Virus record (IMG/VR): IMGVR_UViG_3300025033_000349
Coordinates: 1 to 25,363 of that record
Origin: a virus
Taxonomy: Duplodnaviria > Caudoviricetes
Direction: 5' to 3' (one strand)
Length of the DNA: 25,363 nt
Shown here: piece after piece, positions 17,154 through 25,363 of the stretch
How positions within the stretch are numbered: position 1 is the stretch's first letter
How the letters are laid out: each line of letters opens with the position of its first letter
Translations under genes and position numbers: made by a program
Notes under the pieces: generated by a model
What the model was told of the DNA's origin: nothing
Database searches by the model: none
What the model saw: only the letters and a program-made list of their open reading frames with translations

Positions 17154-17461
17154 CAGTTCACCGCCTTCAGCTGTCCGCTGTTACGCATTGCCTCCAGCTT
17201 TTTACCTGCAGCCTGCACGCTCTGACGCAGCAACCGTTCCTTCTGCAAGTGTGGATTCTGGTCAACGATCCACTGCTCTAAATCGGATTCCAGCCAGACT
17301 TCACGGCCCGCTATGCTGATGCTGTGCGGCAGTTGGCCTGCAGCCCGGTGTTTATTAAACGTGGTGCGACTCATGCCTAAAGCGGCGGCCGCCTCGCTGA
17401 TGTTCATTTTTTTCTGGTGCAGAATGCCCAGGCTGATTTCTGCTTTCTGATGTGCTGCCAT
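17153..17461 (-). CDS. AlpA/excisionase-type winged HTH protein
   Basis: MNISEAAAALGMSRTTF...GQLP...VWLESDLEQWI; AGGAGG RBS. Confidence 0.85.
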   Translation of the reverse strand: MAAHQKAEISLGILHQKKMNISEAAAALGMSRTTFNKHRAAGQLPHSISIAGREVWLESDLEQWIVDQNPHLQKERLLRQSVQAAGKKLEAMRNSGQLKAVN

Positions 17462-17495
17462 GCGGCCTCCTAATTTTTCTAATACGCAACCCGTG

Positions 17496-17522
17496 AAAAA
17501 GTCGGCGGGCTTCCCGCCCGCC
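17496..17522 (-). terminator. intrinsic terminator inside the early operon
   Basis: minus strand GGCGGGC-gggaa-GCCCGCC-gac-TTTTT. Confidence 0.6.
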
Positions 17523-17556
17523 TTCGCTCAGGGTGCTGTGCGATTCGTAAAATTCT

Positions 17557-17844
17557 TTAGTGGATGACGGGCATCAACAGCCCGGAAATCTTTCGGGCGC
17601 TGTCATCGTCGATTGGCCCCAGCAACATGGCGCCGGTATCCAGATAGGTGCCGCCGTCCAGCCGGGTAAGGCTCATGTCGGCGGTATAAAAATTTGAGAA
17701 CGCGCAGACCGAACCGTTATGAATGCGAATGCCGAAGACATCGCCCTCTGCCATAACGTGAACCTGCGTGTTTTTTACGGTGATAACCGCCGTCTGCTGG
17801 GCGGTGTAGCACTTGCCTTTCCGGGCGCTGATTGGCTTATCCAT
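17557..17844 (-). CDS. hypothetical protein (95 aa) in the cII position
   Basis: AAGGGGG RBS before ATG 17844. Confidence 0.6.
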   Translation of the reverse strand: MDKPISARKGKCYTAQQTAVITVKNTQVHVMAEGDVFGIRIHNGSVCAFSNFYTADMSLTRLDGGTYLDTGAMLLGPIDDDSARKISGLLMPVIH

Positions 17845-17854
17845 GCCTGCCCCC

Positions 17855-18091
17855 TTAGTGCGCTTTAGTTTCGGATGCGGACTCTTGCACACCTGCAGGC
17901 TGAATATTCACAGCCTCCCAAGCACTAATCTGATCCTCTGTCCAGAACTCAACTGTACCTATGCGGTGCTGCGGTGGCAGGTATCCGCTATCGCTCCAGT
18001 TATAAATAGTTTTGCGACTGATTCCCCAGCGCTTCGCCAAATCAGACGGCGAAAGGCGTGGCTTTCCTATGAATTCATGGCTTGCAGACAT
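17855..18091 (-). CDS. Cox/Apl-like (AlpA family) lytic repressor / directionality factor
   Basis: LSPSDLAKRWGISRKTIYNW...LPP...FW; first gene divergent from cI. Confidence 0.85.
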   Translation of the reverse strand: MSASHEFIGKPRLSPSDLAKRWGISRKTIYNWSDSGYLPPQHRIGTVEFWTEDQISAWEAVNIQPAGVQESASETKAH

Positions 18092-18165
18092 AGCGAACCC
18101 CTTTAAGTAAGGCGTGACTTATTAGGCGGACTGTGTACTATGTAAATTCTGAATAAACTAAGTAT

Positions 18166-18251
18166 GAGTCCCCTTTGTTACTCAACACTATAGAAGTCTT
18201 TAAAGTTACTCGTCAAGTACTTTTTAAGACTTCAGGTATTTAAAGGGACTT
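18166..18251. promoter_or_regulatory. immunity switch: four 18-bp operators and leftward early promoter
   Basis: sites 18166-18183, 18194-18211, 18215-18232, 18234-18251; minus-strand TTGACG (18216-18211) -N18- TATAGT (18192-18187). Confidence 0.75.
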
Positions 18252-18259
18252 TGAGAAAT

Positions 18260-18709
18260 ATGGATAATTTTCAACAACGCATTCAATTGCTAATTGATAG
18301 ACATGGCCGTAAGGCTCTATCTGATGCTACTGGTATATCCACAACGCAGCTTCACCGCCTGCGTACTGGCTCTGATACCACCCGTGAAAACCTGATTCGC
18401 CTGTCCGATGCCACCGGCACTGAGTTCTTATGGCTTGGTAAAGGTGAAGGCCCGATGTATTCGGACGGCACCCCAGCACCGGCCATGCCCACAGCATCCG
18501 CGCCTGAGTTTTCCAAAGATGAGATCGAGATTGTGGAGCTATTTCGCAATGCGGATTTGTCGTTGAAACTGCAGGTTTTCCAGCTTCTTAAAGGTGGTAG
18601 TCCTCATCAAGGCGGAATAAGCGCCACTGGCAACGGGACTAATATTGTATCCAGTGGTGACGGCAGTATCGCCGCTGCCGGGAATGTGAAGAAAGGATCT
18701 GACCGGTAA
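18260..18709 (+). CDS. cI: CI-like immunity repressor, no S24 peptidase domain, G/S/A/N-rich C-tail
   Basis: HTH (KALSDATGISTTQLHRL), WLGKGEGPM motif; divergent from cox; start ATG 18260 or TTG 18251. Confidence 0.85.
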   Translation: MDNFQQRIQLLIDRHGRKALSDATGISTTQLHRLRTGSDTTRENLIRLSDATGTEFLWLGKGEGPMYSDGTPAPAMPTASAPEFSKDEIEIVELFRNADLSLKLQVFQLLKGGSPHQGGISATGNGTNIVSSGDGSIAAAGNVKKGSDR

Positions 18710-18726
18710 TATTAAGGAGGATTGGC

Positions 18727-19254
18727 GTGACGGATTTTACCAATATCACCGCCAGCGGCCCCAACAGCATTGCTGCCAATGGTGATGTATTTCAGGAAAC
18801 ACATCACCACCACGCCCAGCCACAGAAAGACCCGCTGACAGCTGCACTGGAGCAACGTGACCAGGCGTATTACAGCTGGCAAGATTTTGATAAAAAACGC
18901 CGGGCTGCATTGCGCAGCCGGTGGTTTAATATCTGGAATGCTGGTGCACTATTGTCTGGCTCTGCGCTTGCCGCCGCTATTTTCTTTATCGTTTGGCCCG
19001 GCTTAATCCGTTACGGGTTGGTTTATTGGCTGACTCATCAAGATCACCTGATAAATAACCTGACCACCTTCAGCGGTGCGTTAGTTTTAATCCCATTTAT
19101 TTCTTTGTCTTTGTGTTCCTGGCGCTTTGGTATTCGCCGTCAGGTAGCTCTGGCCGATGCAATTTATTTTGCCTCTCATGCCCGCGCAATGGCTGATGAA
19201 TGTCACCGGCTGGATGCACAGATTAAGTACTTCAAGAAACACGGATCGTTATGA
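18727..19254 (+). CDS. two-TM membrane protein with an N-terminal motif matching the CI tail
   Basis: AAGGAGG RBS before GTG; two hydrophobic helices flanked by soluble helices. Confidence 0.8.
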   Translation: MTDFTNITASGPNSIAANGDVFQETHHHHAQPQKDPLTAALEQRDQAYYSWQDFDKKRRAALRSRWFNIWNAGALLSGSALAAAIFFIVWPGLIRYGLVYWLTHQDHLINNLTTFSGALVLIPFISLSLCSWRFGIRRQVALADAIYFASHARAMADECHRLDAQIKYFKKHGSL

Positions 19255-19940
19255 AATTAACTAGAAATAATGTAACAAGTCATTTCGAGAAAATGCTTAC
19301 CCGCACTCGTAGAGATTATGTTCGCCTGAGTCAGGTTAAGTATTTAAAGACTTTTCAGCATCCTGAAAATGATACTCGGTACATGGTTGACCGCTGCCAA
19401 TCAGTCTACCGGGTTGGGCAAAGAATTAAGACTTTTGAACGTGAATTACCAAAGCTGGTTCTGGATGCCCCTGTTTATTCGCCAGTAAAGTTAGAAAATC
19501 CATTTATCGTAGAAATATTAAACAACGAGATTGGTATAGAGCAGTGGCAATTCAATGTTGGTTATTGCTTCAGGGAAGCACTTGGCCTGCGTTATGTACA
19601 GCGGCGGAGTACAGATAAAGAGACAAGAAAGTTAAGCACATTCTCTGAATGGTTACAGAGCCCAATATTAAAATTCTCGACAGGCGACCTTATATCTCAC
19701 AAGCACGAACAGATAATGATCCAAGTCGAAGAAGGTCTTCCCTCTGGCTTTGTTGATACAACCATTGAGCATGGAATGCTGCGGTGCGCAGTTTATGAGT
19801 TCAATAACGATACAAACAAATGGACTCTGAACGCCAGATACCATGGCAATCAGTTTGATTTCTTAATGGTACTTATTTTTGGTCTAAGTGAACTAAGTCG
19901 ATTCACTAAATTATTAAATACTTCTACAGAGAATGCATGA
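19251..19940 (+). CDS. hypothetical protein (229 aa), AT-rich cargo
   Basis: long ORF overlapping the previous stop; no motif recognised. Confidence 0.75.
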   Translation: MKLTRNNVTSHFEKMLTRTRRDYVRLSQVKYLKTFQHPENDTRYMVDRCQSVYRVGQRIKTFERELPKLVLDAPVYSPVKLENPFIVEILNNEIGIEQWQFNVGYCFREALGLRYVQRRSTDKETRKLSTFSEWLQSPILKFSTGDLISHKHEQIMIQVEEGLPSGFVDTTIEHGMLRCAVYEFNNDTNKWTLNARYHGNQFDFLMVLIFGLSELSRFTKLLNTSTENA

Positions 19941-20568
19941 GCAGGGATTTTTTATGGATATTTTCGCTAAGTTCAACAGAAAGGATACTCAGGATCGGCA
20001 GATAGACACTCTAATTGGTTTGAGCAAAGGGCTTACTGCTGACGGAGTAGTTAATCAGGAAGAAGCTGAGTTTCTATTAAGTTGGCTTATTCAGAATACT
20101 CAGAATGAAAGCAACAACCCCATCTTTGAAAACCTGTTAATAAAACTGACAGATATGCTAAAAGACGGTGTTCTTGATCAGAATGAATCCTCTGAGTTGC
20201 TTTCTATTTTGCGTTCACTAGCTGGCGAAAAATCAGAAATTGGTGAGCTGTCAAAGTCAGCATCACTACCCATTAATCAACCCCTTCCGGATATTACCTT
20301 TGAAGGTAATTCCTTTTTGTTCACCGGCACTTGTGCTTACGGAACCCGTAAACAATGTCAGGCTGCTGTTGAAACACTTGGTGGCATTGTGGCCAGTGGA
20401 GTTACCCGCAACCTCAACTATTTGGTTATCGGTACTTACGTCACCGATAGCTGGGCACACGAATCCTTTGGCCGGAAGATTGAAAAGGCTATGGACTACC
20501 GCAACCAAGGCTTACCCCTATCAATCATCACAGAAGAACACTGGGCTACCCAGGGAAAACTTCTGTAA
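19933..20568 (+). CDS. TerB-like N-domain plus BRCT domain protein
   Basis: ADGVVNQEEAEFL and DGVLDQNE acidic motifs; FLFTG...LGG...YLVIG...GRKIEKA...IITEEHW BRCT; start may be ATG 19954. Confidence 0.8.
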   Translation: MHEQGFFMDIFAKFNRKDTQDRQIDTLIGLSKGLTADGVVNQEEAEFLLSWLIQNTQNESNNPIFENLLIKLTDMLKDGVLDQNESSELLSILRSLAGEKSEIGELSKSASLPINQPLPDITFEGNSFLFTGTCAYGTRKQCQAAVETLGGIVASGVTRNLNYLVIGTYVTDSWAHESFGRKIEKAMDYRNQGLPLSIITEEHWATQGKLL

Positions 20569-20584
20569 TTCTGCGGAGATCACC

Positions 20585-21778
20585 ATGCGCCAGTTAATTC
20601 ATATCGATAAGGCCGGGCATATTATCGGGGAGTTTCCGCACGATATTAATGCCGGTTTTCAGGATTGCCGCCGGGGGCTTCGCCGCCGCCTGGTGAATGT
20701 TAAAGAGGCCGGTCAGATGCCGCTTGATGTGGCATTAAAGCTGGCCGAAGAACGCTATAAGCTGGAAGAAAAGCGCATCCGTGAAGTGCAGTTTGTTGCC
20801 GACGAAAAGCGCAAGCAGGCGGAATACCGGCGTAAAAATATGTCGTTCTCTGATGCTGCTGATAACTGGCTGAAGCATGTGTCTGTGGTGAATTCGGAAT
20901 CAACAGTTGCGCATTATGCGCAGACGATCCGCTTGTATTTATCGACCGTTGGCGACCACCGCCTGCGCGATTTTGGCCGCGAACATAACATCAGGTTTTT
21001 TGATGAACTGGCGAAGGTTAAAGCGGTTAACCGTGGTGACCGTACCATTTCAGCAGCAACCCAGAATATGCACATGCGTCAGCTGGCTGTGTTTCTGGGC
21101 TGGGCGAATGATAACGAGATGATCGACAAGTTACCGCGCCTGAAGAAAGCACAGCCCAAAGTGAAAGAGATGGAAGTATTCAGCCTGCAGCACCTGGAAC
21201 AGCTGAAAAAGTGGCTGCTGTCTAATATTGAAAATTCTGCCCAGGGTCGGCCTGCCGTTAACGCCCGTAACCTGTACCGCGCTTTTATGCTGGCCACCAA
21301 TGCTTTGCTGCGTAAGGGTGCCATCGGCTCCTTGCCGCTGTCCGGCATTGATCTGGATGCAAAGCTGGTGCGTATTCGGGATGTGCCAGAGCTGGGCTGG
21401 AAGAACAAAGCAAACCGCTGGCCGAATAAACCAATGAATGCCCGCCTGTATGATTTCCTGCGTGATGACCTTGCGGCCCGTGATCCGGCAGAGCGTTGGT
21501 ATCTGGATGATGGCCGGGGCAACCCTTGGTATGCCGACCCGTCACACATCAGCAAAGCCATGACCCGCGCCTGTAAAGCCGCTGGCCTGCCGGGTGGCGT
21601 GAAGCCGTTTCACTGGGGAATGCGCGCCGCTCTGATTACCTGGCTGCTGAACAACGGTGAAAGCCCGCAGAAGGTGCAGCAACTGGCTGATCATGCCAGC
21701 GTTACGACTACCATGCGCTACTTCAACACGCGAGAAGCGAGCCAGCAGGAAGCGGTCGATAGGCTGCCGGAAATCTGA
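20585..21778 (+). CDS. int: tyrosine integrase
   Basis: SAM-like domain; catalytic R (LLRKG), H/R (FHWGMR), H (ADHAS), Y (MRYF); GGAG RBS before ATG 20585; adjacent to att. Confidence 0.9.
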   Translation: MRQLIHIDKAGHIIGEFPHDINAGFQDCRRGLRRRLVNVKEAGQMPLDVALKLAEERYKLEEKRIREVQFVADEKRKQAEYRRKNMSFSDAADNWLKHVSVVNSESTVAHYAQTIRLYLSTVGDHRLRDFGREHNIRFFDELAKVKAVNRGDRTISAATQNMHMRQLAVFLGWANDNEMIDKLPRLKKAQPKVKEMEVFSLQHLEQLKKWLLSNIENSAQGRPAVNARNLYRAFMLATNALLRKGAIGSLPLSGIDLDAKLVRIRDVPELGWKNKANRWPNKPMNARLYDFLRDDLAARDPAERWYLDDGRGNPWYADPSHISKAMTRACKAAGLPGGVKPFHWGMRAALITWLLNNGESPQKVQQLADHASVTTTMRYFNTREASQQEAVDRLPEI

Positions 21779-21783
21779 TTTTT

Positions 21784-21844
21784 ATGTCAAATCCATGTCA
21801 ACTTTTCGCCTTATTTTAAAAAAGCTTTTTAAATCAATGATTTA
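21784..21844 (+). promoter_or_regulatory. att arm: integrase arm-type direct repeats and IHF site
   Basis: ATGTCAA at 21784 and 21795; AATCAAtgatTTA (21832-21844) matches WATCAANNNNTTR. Confidence 0.65.
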
Positions 21845-21859
21845 AAAAAAATACCCGCA

Positions 21860-21907
21860 CGACTCATAATCGGCAGGTCCCCAGTTCAAGTCTGGGTGGG
21901 CCCACCA
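21860..21907 (+). other. att core: 3' half of a CAT-anticodon tRNA (Ile2/Met type), prophage right boundary
   Basis: CGACTCATAATCGGCAGGTCCCCAGTTCAAGTCTGGGTGGGCCCACCA contains anticodon loop, T arm and CCA; the 5' half is missing. Confidence 0.9.
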
Positions 21908-22069
21908 CTTTTCTTCCTGTCCAGATTCTGTTTGCCCCCCCAAAAAAACCTGACAGCCCTGAATGCCCAGTCAAAAATCCAGGGTCATAAACTCCAAGAG
22001 CTGTAATAAAGTCACGATATCCGTTACCCGCCACCACTGGATTTTCTTGCCAGTCTTACCTTTCTAAAA

Positions 22070-22089
22070 TACTGTATATATAAACAGTA
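22070..22089. promoter_or_regulatory. LexA (SOS) box
   Basis: TACTGTATATATAAACAGTA, near-consensus CTGT-N8-ACAG, 20 bp before umuD. Confidence 0.95.
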
Positions 22090-22109
22090 TTCATGTAAGC
22101 ATAATCACT

Positions 22110-22550
22110 ATGAGCATCACCTTACTTGGCAACGCCATCGAAGGCCCGGTAACTGCCGCATGGCGTGTGCCCTTATACACAGAGCGCGTTCCGGCGGGCT
22201 TTCCGTCCCCCGCACAGGATTACATTGAACAGACTCTGGATCTGAATGAGCTGTGCATCAGCCATCCGGCTGCCACGTTCTTTGTGCGGGTGGAAGGCGA
22301 ATCCATGACCGGTGCCGGCATCTTCCCGAACGATATTCTGGTGGTCGACCGGTCGCTGACCGCCCGCCATGGCGACATTGTCATTGCCAGCCTGGAACGG
22401 GAGATGACGGTCAAACAGCTGCACCTGAACCCACCGCCAGTGCAGCTGCGCGCCTGCAATCCTGCCTATCCGCCATTGGTTATCAGTGAAGGCATGGTGC
22501 TGGAGATTTTTGGTGTGGTAACCCATGTGGTCAGGAACCTGCGCCAGTGA
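22110..22550 (+). CDS. umuD: DNA polymerase V subunit UmuD
   Basis: VPAGFPSPAQDY cleavage region, GESM Ser and TVKQL Lys of the S24 peptidase. Confidence 0.95.
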   Translation: MSITLLGNAIEGPVTAAWRVPLYTERVPAGFPSPAQDYIEQTLDLNELCISHPAATFFVRVEGESMTGAGIFPNDILVVDRSLTARHGDIVIASLEREMTVKQLHLNPPPVQLRACNPAYPPLVISEGMVLEIFGVVTHVVRNLRQ

Positions 22551-23812
22551 CAGTGTTTGCCCTGGTCGACTGCAACAACTTCTACGCCAGCTGTGAAAAG
22601 CTGTTCCGCCCCGATCTGCGCCATGCACCGGTGGTCGTACTCTCGAACAATGACGGTTGCGTCGTGGCGCGCTCGAAAGAAGCCAGGGCCCTCGGCATCA
22701 GAATGGGCGTTCCAGTGCATAAAATTCAGGAGCAGATTCAGCAACAGGGCATTCAGGTTTTTTCATCCAACTATGCGTTGTATGGCGACATCTCCAACCG
22801 GGTGATGCAAACCCTCGAAGCCTTGGCACCGGCGGTTGAGGTGTATTCCATTGATGAAGCCTTTCTCGATTTAACCGGCGTGGCGAATGCGATGGAGCTG
22901 ACTGAATTCGGGCTGCAGGTACGGACCACCGTACAGCAACACATCGGCATGAGCGTCTGCGTCGGGATGGCACCGAGCAAGACACTCGCCAAGCTGGCGA
23001 ACCATGCGGCCAAGCAATATCCGGCCACCCTTGGCGTGGTGGATTTAACCAACCCGGCACGACAAAAGAAGTTGCTGGGTTTAATACCGGTGAATGAGGT
23101 CTGGGGCGTGGGGCGCAAGCTCAGCGCGCGGCTGAATGCCATCGGTATTACCACCGCCTTACAACTGGCAGAGCAGAATCCGAAAGATATCCGGCGTAAC
23201 TTCTCGGTGGTGCTGGAACGCACCGTGCGCGAGCTGAATGGCGAAAGTTGCCTGGCGCTGGAAGACATTACTCCCACCAAGCAGCAGATTTTGTGCAGTC
23301 GCAGCTTTGGTCAGCGGGTTACCCGCTATACCGAGTTGCACGAAGCCATCAGCAGCTACGTTGCCCGCGCCGCCGAAAAGCTTCGCCATGAGCAGCAGCA
23401 ATGTCAGTTTATCAGCATTTACATCCGCACCGGGTTGTTCAACCTCAGCGATCCGCGCTACAGCAACAGCGCCAGTCTGCGGCTGGATTATCCGACGGAT
23501 GACACCCGCTTGTTACTACAAGCTAGCGGACGATTACTACAGACCATCTGGAAAGACGGCTACCGCTACGCAAAAGCCGGTATCACTCTCAGCGACTTTT
23601 ACGACCGTGGAGTGGCGCAGCCGGATCTGTTTACCCAACAGGTGATCAGCCCGAGCAGCGCACGACTGATGCAAGTAGTCGACCGCATTAATCAACAGCA
23701 GCGTGGAAAAGTGTTCTTCGCCAGCCAGGGCGCTGGCAAAGCCTGGGCAATGAACCGTAATCATCTGTCACCCGGTTACACCACAGACTGGAAACAGCTT
23801 CCCCGGGTTTAA
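22547..23812 (+). CDS. umuC: DNA polymerase V subunit UmuC
   Basis: ALVDCNNFYASCE, VLSNNDGC, YSIDEAFLD, SRSFG, LSPGYTT. Confidence 0.97.
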   Translation: MTVFALVDCNNFYASCEKLFRPDLRHAPVVVLSNNDGCVVARSKEARALGIRMGVPVHKIQEQIQQQGIQVFSSNYALYGDISNRVMQTLEALAPAVEVYSIDEAFLDLTGVANAMELTEFGLQVRTTVQQHIGMSVCVGMAPSKTLAKLANHAAKQYPATLGVVDLTNPARQKKLLGLIPVNEVWGVGRKLSARLNAIGITTALQLAEQNPKDIRRNFSVVLERTVRELNGESCLALEDITPTKQQILCSRSFGQRVTRYTELHEAISSYVARAAEKLRHEQQQCQFISIYIRTGLFNLSDPRYSNSASLRLDYPTDDTRLLLQASGRLLQTIWKDGYRYAKAGITLSDFYDRGVAQPDLFTQQVISPSSARLMQVVDRINQQQRGKVFFASQGAGKAWAMNRNHLSPGYTTDWKQLPRV

Positions 23813-24102
23813 AAAAGAATAACCAACTGAAGAGAAGCGAGAGCCCCAAACTGCGGCCATGACCAAGGATAAGTTGAGATCGAGCACCATCACCATCCCT
23901 CAGCGCGATAACCACCAAAAACAGAATTGCATGCTCACGTTATCTGGACGTGCATTCACACTCTCCGTTGCTGCGCAAACTTATAAAAATTTCAAAGAAA
24001 CGAATAACAGGTCATTAATTGAGTTCCATTTTTTTCGTCCATCCTGTTTCAAAAAATATATCAATGGCCAGCTTCTACCGACGGTGAAAATTAATTATTT
24101 AA

Positions 24103-24365
24103 GGCACCTCTGAATCATTCGGTGCACGCTTCGGCTTACTGACAAGGTTCAGGTCAAGGCGCCACGGTGAAGGCATAACGGGTCACGAAAAAACCTGGCA
24201 GCAGCGAGCTGGATTGTTTCAGAAAGCCAGCAGGGAGTGGGCCGATAAAGCGTTTGACGGTGTTGTCAATTTCAAAAAGGACTCGCCATTCACTGCAGTC
24301 AGCGCCTTGTCAAAAGCACTTTGCAGCACTCACGCGAAGCGCGTGCGGAATGATTCAGGGGTGCC
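24103..24365. mobile_element. 263-bp MITE
   Basis: 31-bp terminal inverted repeats (26/31 matching, GGCACCYCTGAATCATTC...), TTAA on both flanks, no ORF. Confidence 0.8.
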
Positions 24366-24611
24366 TTAATGGCGGCTGGTTTAAACATCAACATCCGGAA
24401 ATTTTAACTGTACGGACCTTGTAAAAGAACGCCTTTATAATTCCACACAGGCCAATATTAATTGCTACATTTAACTGGCCCCAGCCACTATTAATAAAAC
24501 TGTAAGTTTTCTGTAACTTATCGTTAATGCCTGAGACACATATCCTGATTAATGTTCCGCCACCCTTTGCAGAGAAGCCCTCTGCAGAGAAAACCAGATC
24601 AGGAGAAAACA

Positions 24612-25363
24612 GTGATTCATTCTCGCAGTATTTTCATGGCTTTTACCCTGTTGGCAGTGTTGCTGACCGGTTGTGGCGCAGACGACAATTCAGACAAAAA
24701 CCCATCCCCGGATGTACCGGACACCGAAGATCCTGGCAAACCAACGGATCCAACAGACCCATCCCCCGGACTGCCGGATGTCGCGGCTCCGGTCTCAGCG
24801 ACAGCCCCCGATTTTATTGTTCGCCCTTATCTGCAGTCGCCAGGTACCGACACGATGTCGGTCATGTTTGAGACACAAGACTCTGCTCCTCAGGTGTGGG
24901 CTCGTCCGTTTGGCACAAAAGGTGAGTTTTTAAAAGTCACCGCCACTGCGGTATCTGCAGATGGGCTGGTTTATCGTGCACCATTAACCGGATTAACCTC
25001 CAATACTCTGTATGAATATTATGTGCTGTCCGCCAATGGTGCTGACACCCAGAATGTAACTCAGGCTTTTGCTTTTAAAACCTGGCCGGCCACGACTGAT
25101 AACGTCAGCGAAGCGCGTTTTATTGCCCTGAGTGACACTCAGCTGGATACCGCAAGTAACGAAGAAGTGCTGCGTAATGTGGTAAAAGACGGCTTTATGA
25201 CCATCGAGTGTAATGCGGCGCAGCCAGAAACCTGTGCAGAAAATATTGCCGGTATTACCGTTTCTGGTGACGTTGTTCAGACCGGTGGCAACCGTGATAA
25301 CTGGCGCAGCCAGTTCTTCGGACGCATGGCCGACATTACGCCATACGTGCCGTTAATTACCGT
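24612..25363 (+). CDS. lipoprotein metallophosphoesterase (purple acid phosphatase-like, FN3-type N-domain), partial
   Basis: AGGAG RBS, GTG start, lipobox LTGC, Pro/Asp linker, RPYLQ, LTGLTSNTLYEY, ALSDTQ and SGDVV motifs; open to the window end. Confidence 0.85.
   Translation, partial: MIHSRSIFMAFTLLAVLLTGCGADDNSDKNPSPDVPDTEDPGKPTDPTDPSPGLPDVAAPVSATAPDFIVRPYLQSPGTDTMSVMFETQDSAPQVWARPFGTKGEFLKVTATAVSADGLVYRAPLTGLTSNTLYEYYVLSANGADTQNVTQAFAFKTWPATTDNVSEARFIALSDTQLDTASNEEVLRNVVKDGFMTIECNAAQPETCAENIAGITVSGDVVQTGGNRDNWRSQFFGRMADITPYVPLIT

Larger units (their letters stand above)
1..21907. mobile_element. P2/HP1/K139-like prophage (continues left of the window)
   Basis: gene order S-R-L-M-N-O / P-Q-ogr, gpA, cox/cI, int, att. 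Confidence 0.95.

Noticed and set aside
20240-20584. 512-aa integrase start from the ORF track
   Set aside because: Overlaps the BRCT gene out of frame; ATG 20585 has an RBS and gives a normal 397-aa integrase
21835-21907. Intact tRNA gene
   Set aside because: No D arm or 5' acceptor strand; only the 3' 48 bp are present, so it is an att duplication
23859-24113. 84-aa ORF after umuC
   Set aside because: No RBS or recognisable motif; its end runs into the MITE
24527-24933. Two short ORF-track calls
   Set aside because: Out-of-frame overlaps of the lipoprotein gene starting at 24612
1-25363. CRISPR array, reverse transcriptase/DGR, or restriction endonuclease partner for the MTase
   Set aside because: No regularly spaced repeats, no RT motifs and no recognisable nuclease gene next to the MTase

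Overview
Positions 1-21907 are the right-hand part of an integrated P2/HP1/K139-like (Peduoviridae-type) prophage in a gammaproteobacterial genome. From left to right it carries head/tail-completion, terminase, capsid, scaffold and portal genes, ogr, and an accessory block (two XRE regulators and a HicAB-like pair). A leftward early operon follows (two AlpA/Cox-like genes, a C5 methyltransferase with a nested second-frame gene, gpA with a P2-type ori, a tandem CsrA, and small cargo genes ending in an AcrIF6-like/Aca5-like anti-CRISPR pair). Then come the immunity switch and a rightward cI-cargo-integrase operon ending at a duplicated 3' half of a CAT-anticodon tRNA (att). Outside the prophage are a LexA-boxed umuDC operon, a 263-bp MITE and a lipoprotein metallophosphoesterase gene. 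The most striking unexplained signal is a 17-aa G/S/A/N-rich, amyloid-signalling-like motif shared by the C-terminus of the CI repressor and the N-terminus of the adjacent membrane protein. Other highlights are the acr-aca operon with its operators and an integron attC-type site that appears to delimit a cassette inside the phage. Family assignments come from remembered motifs and synteny; no database search was run.
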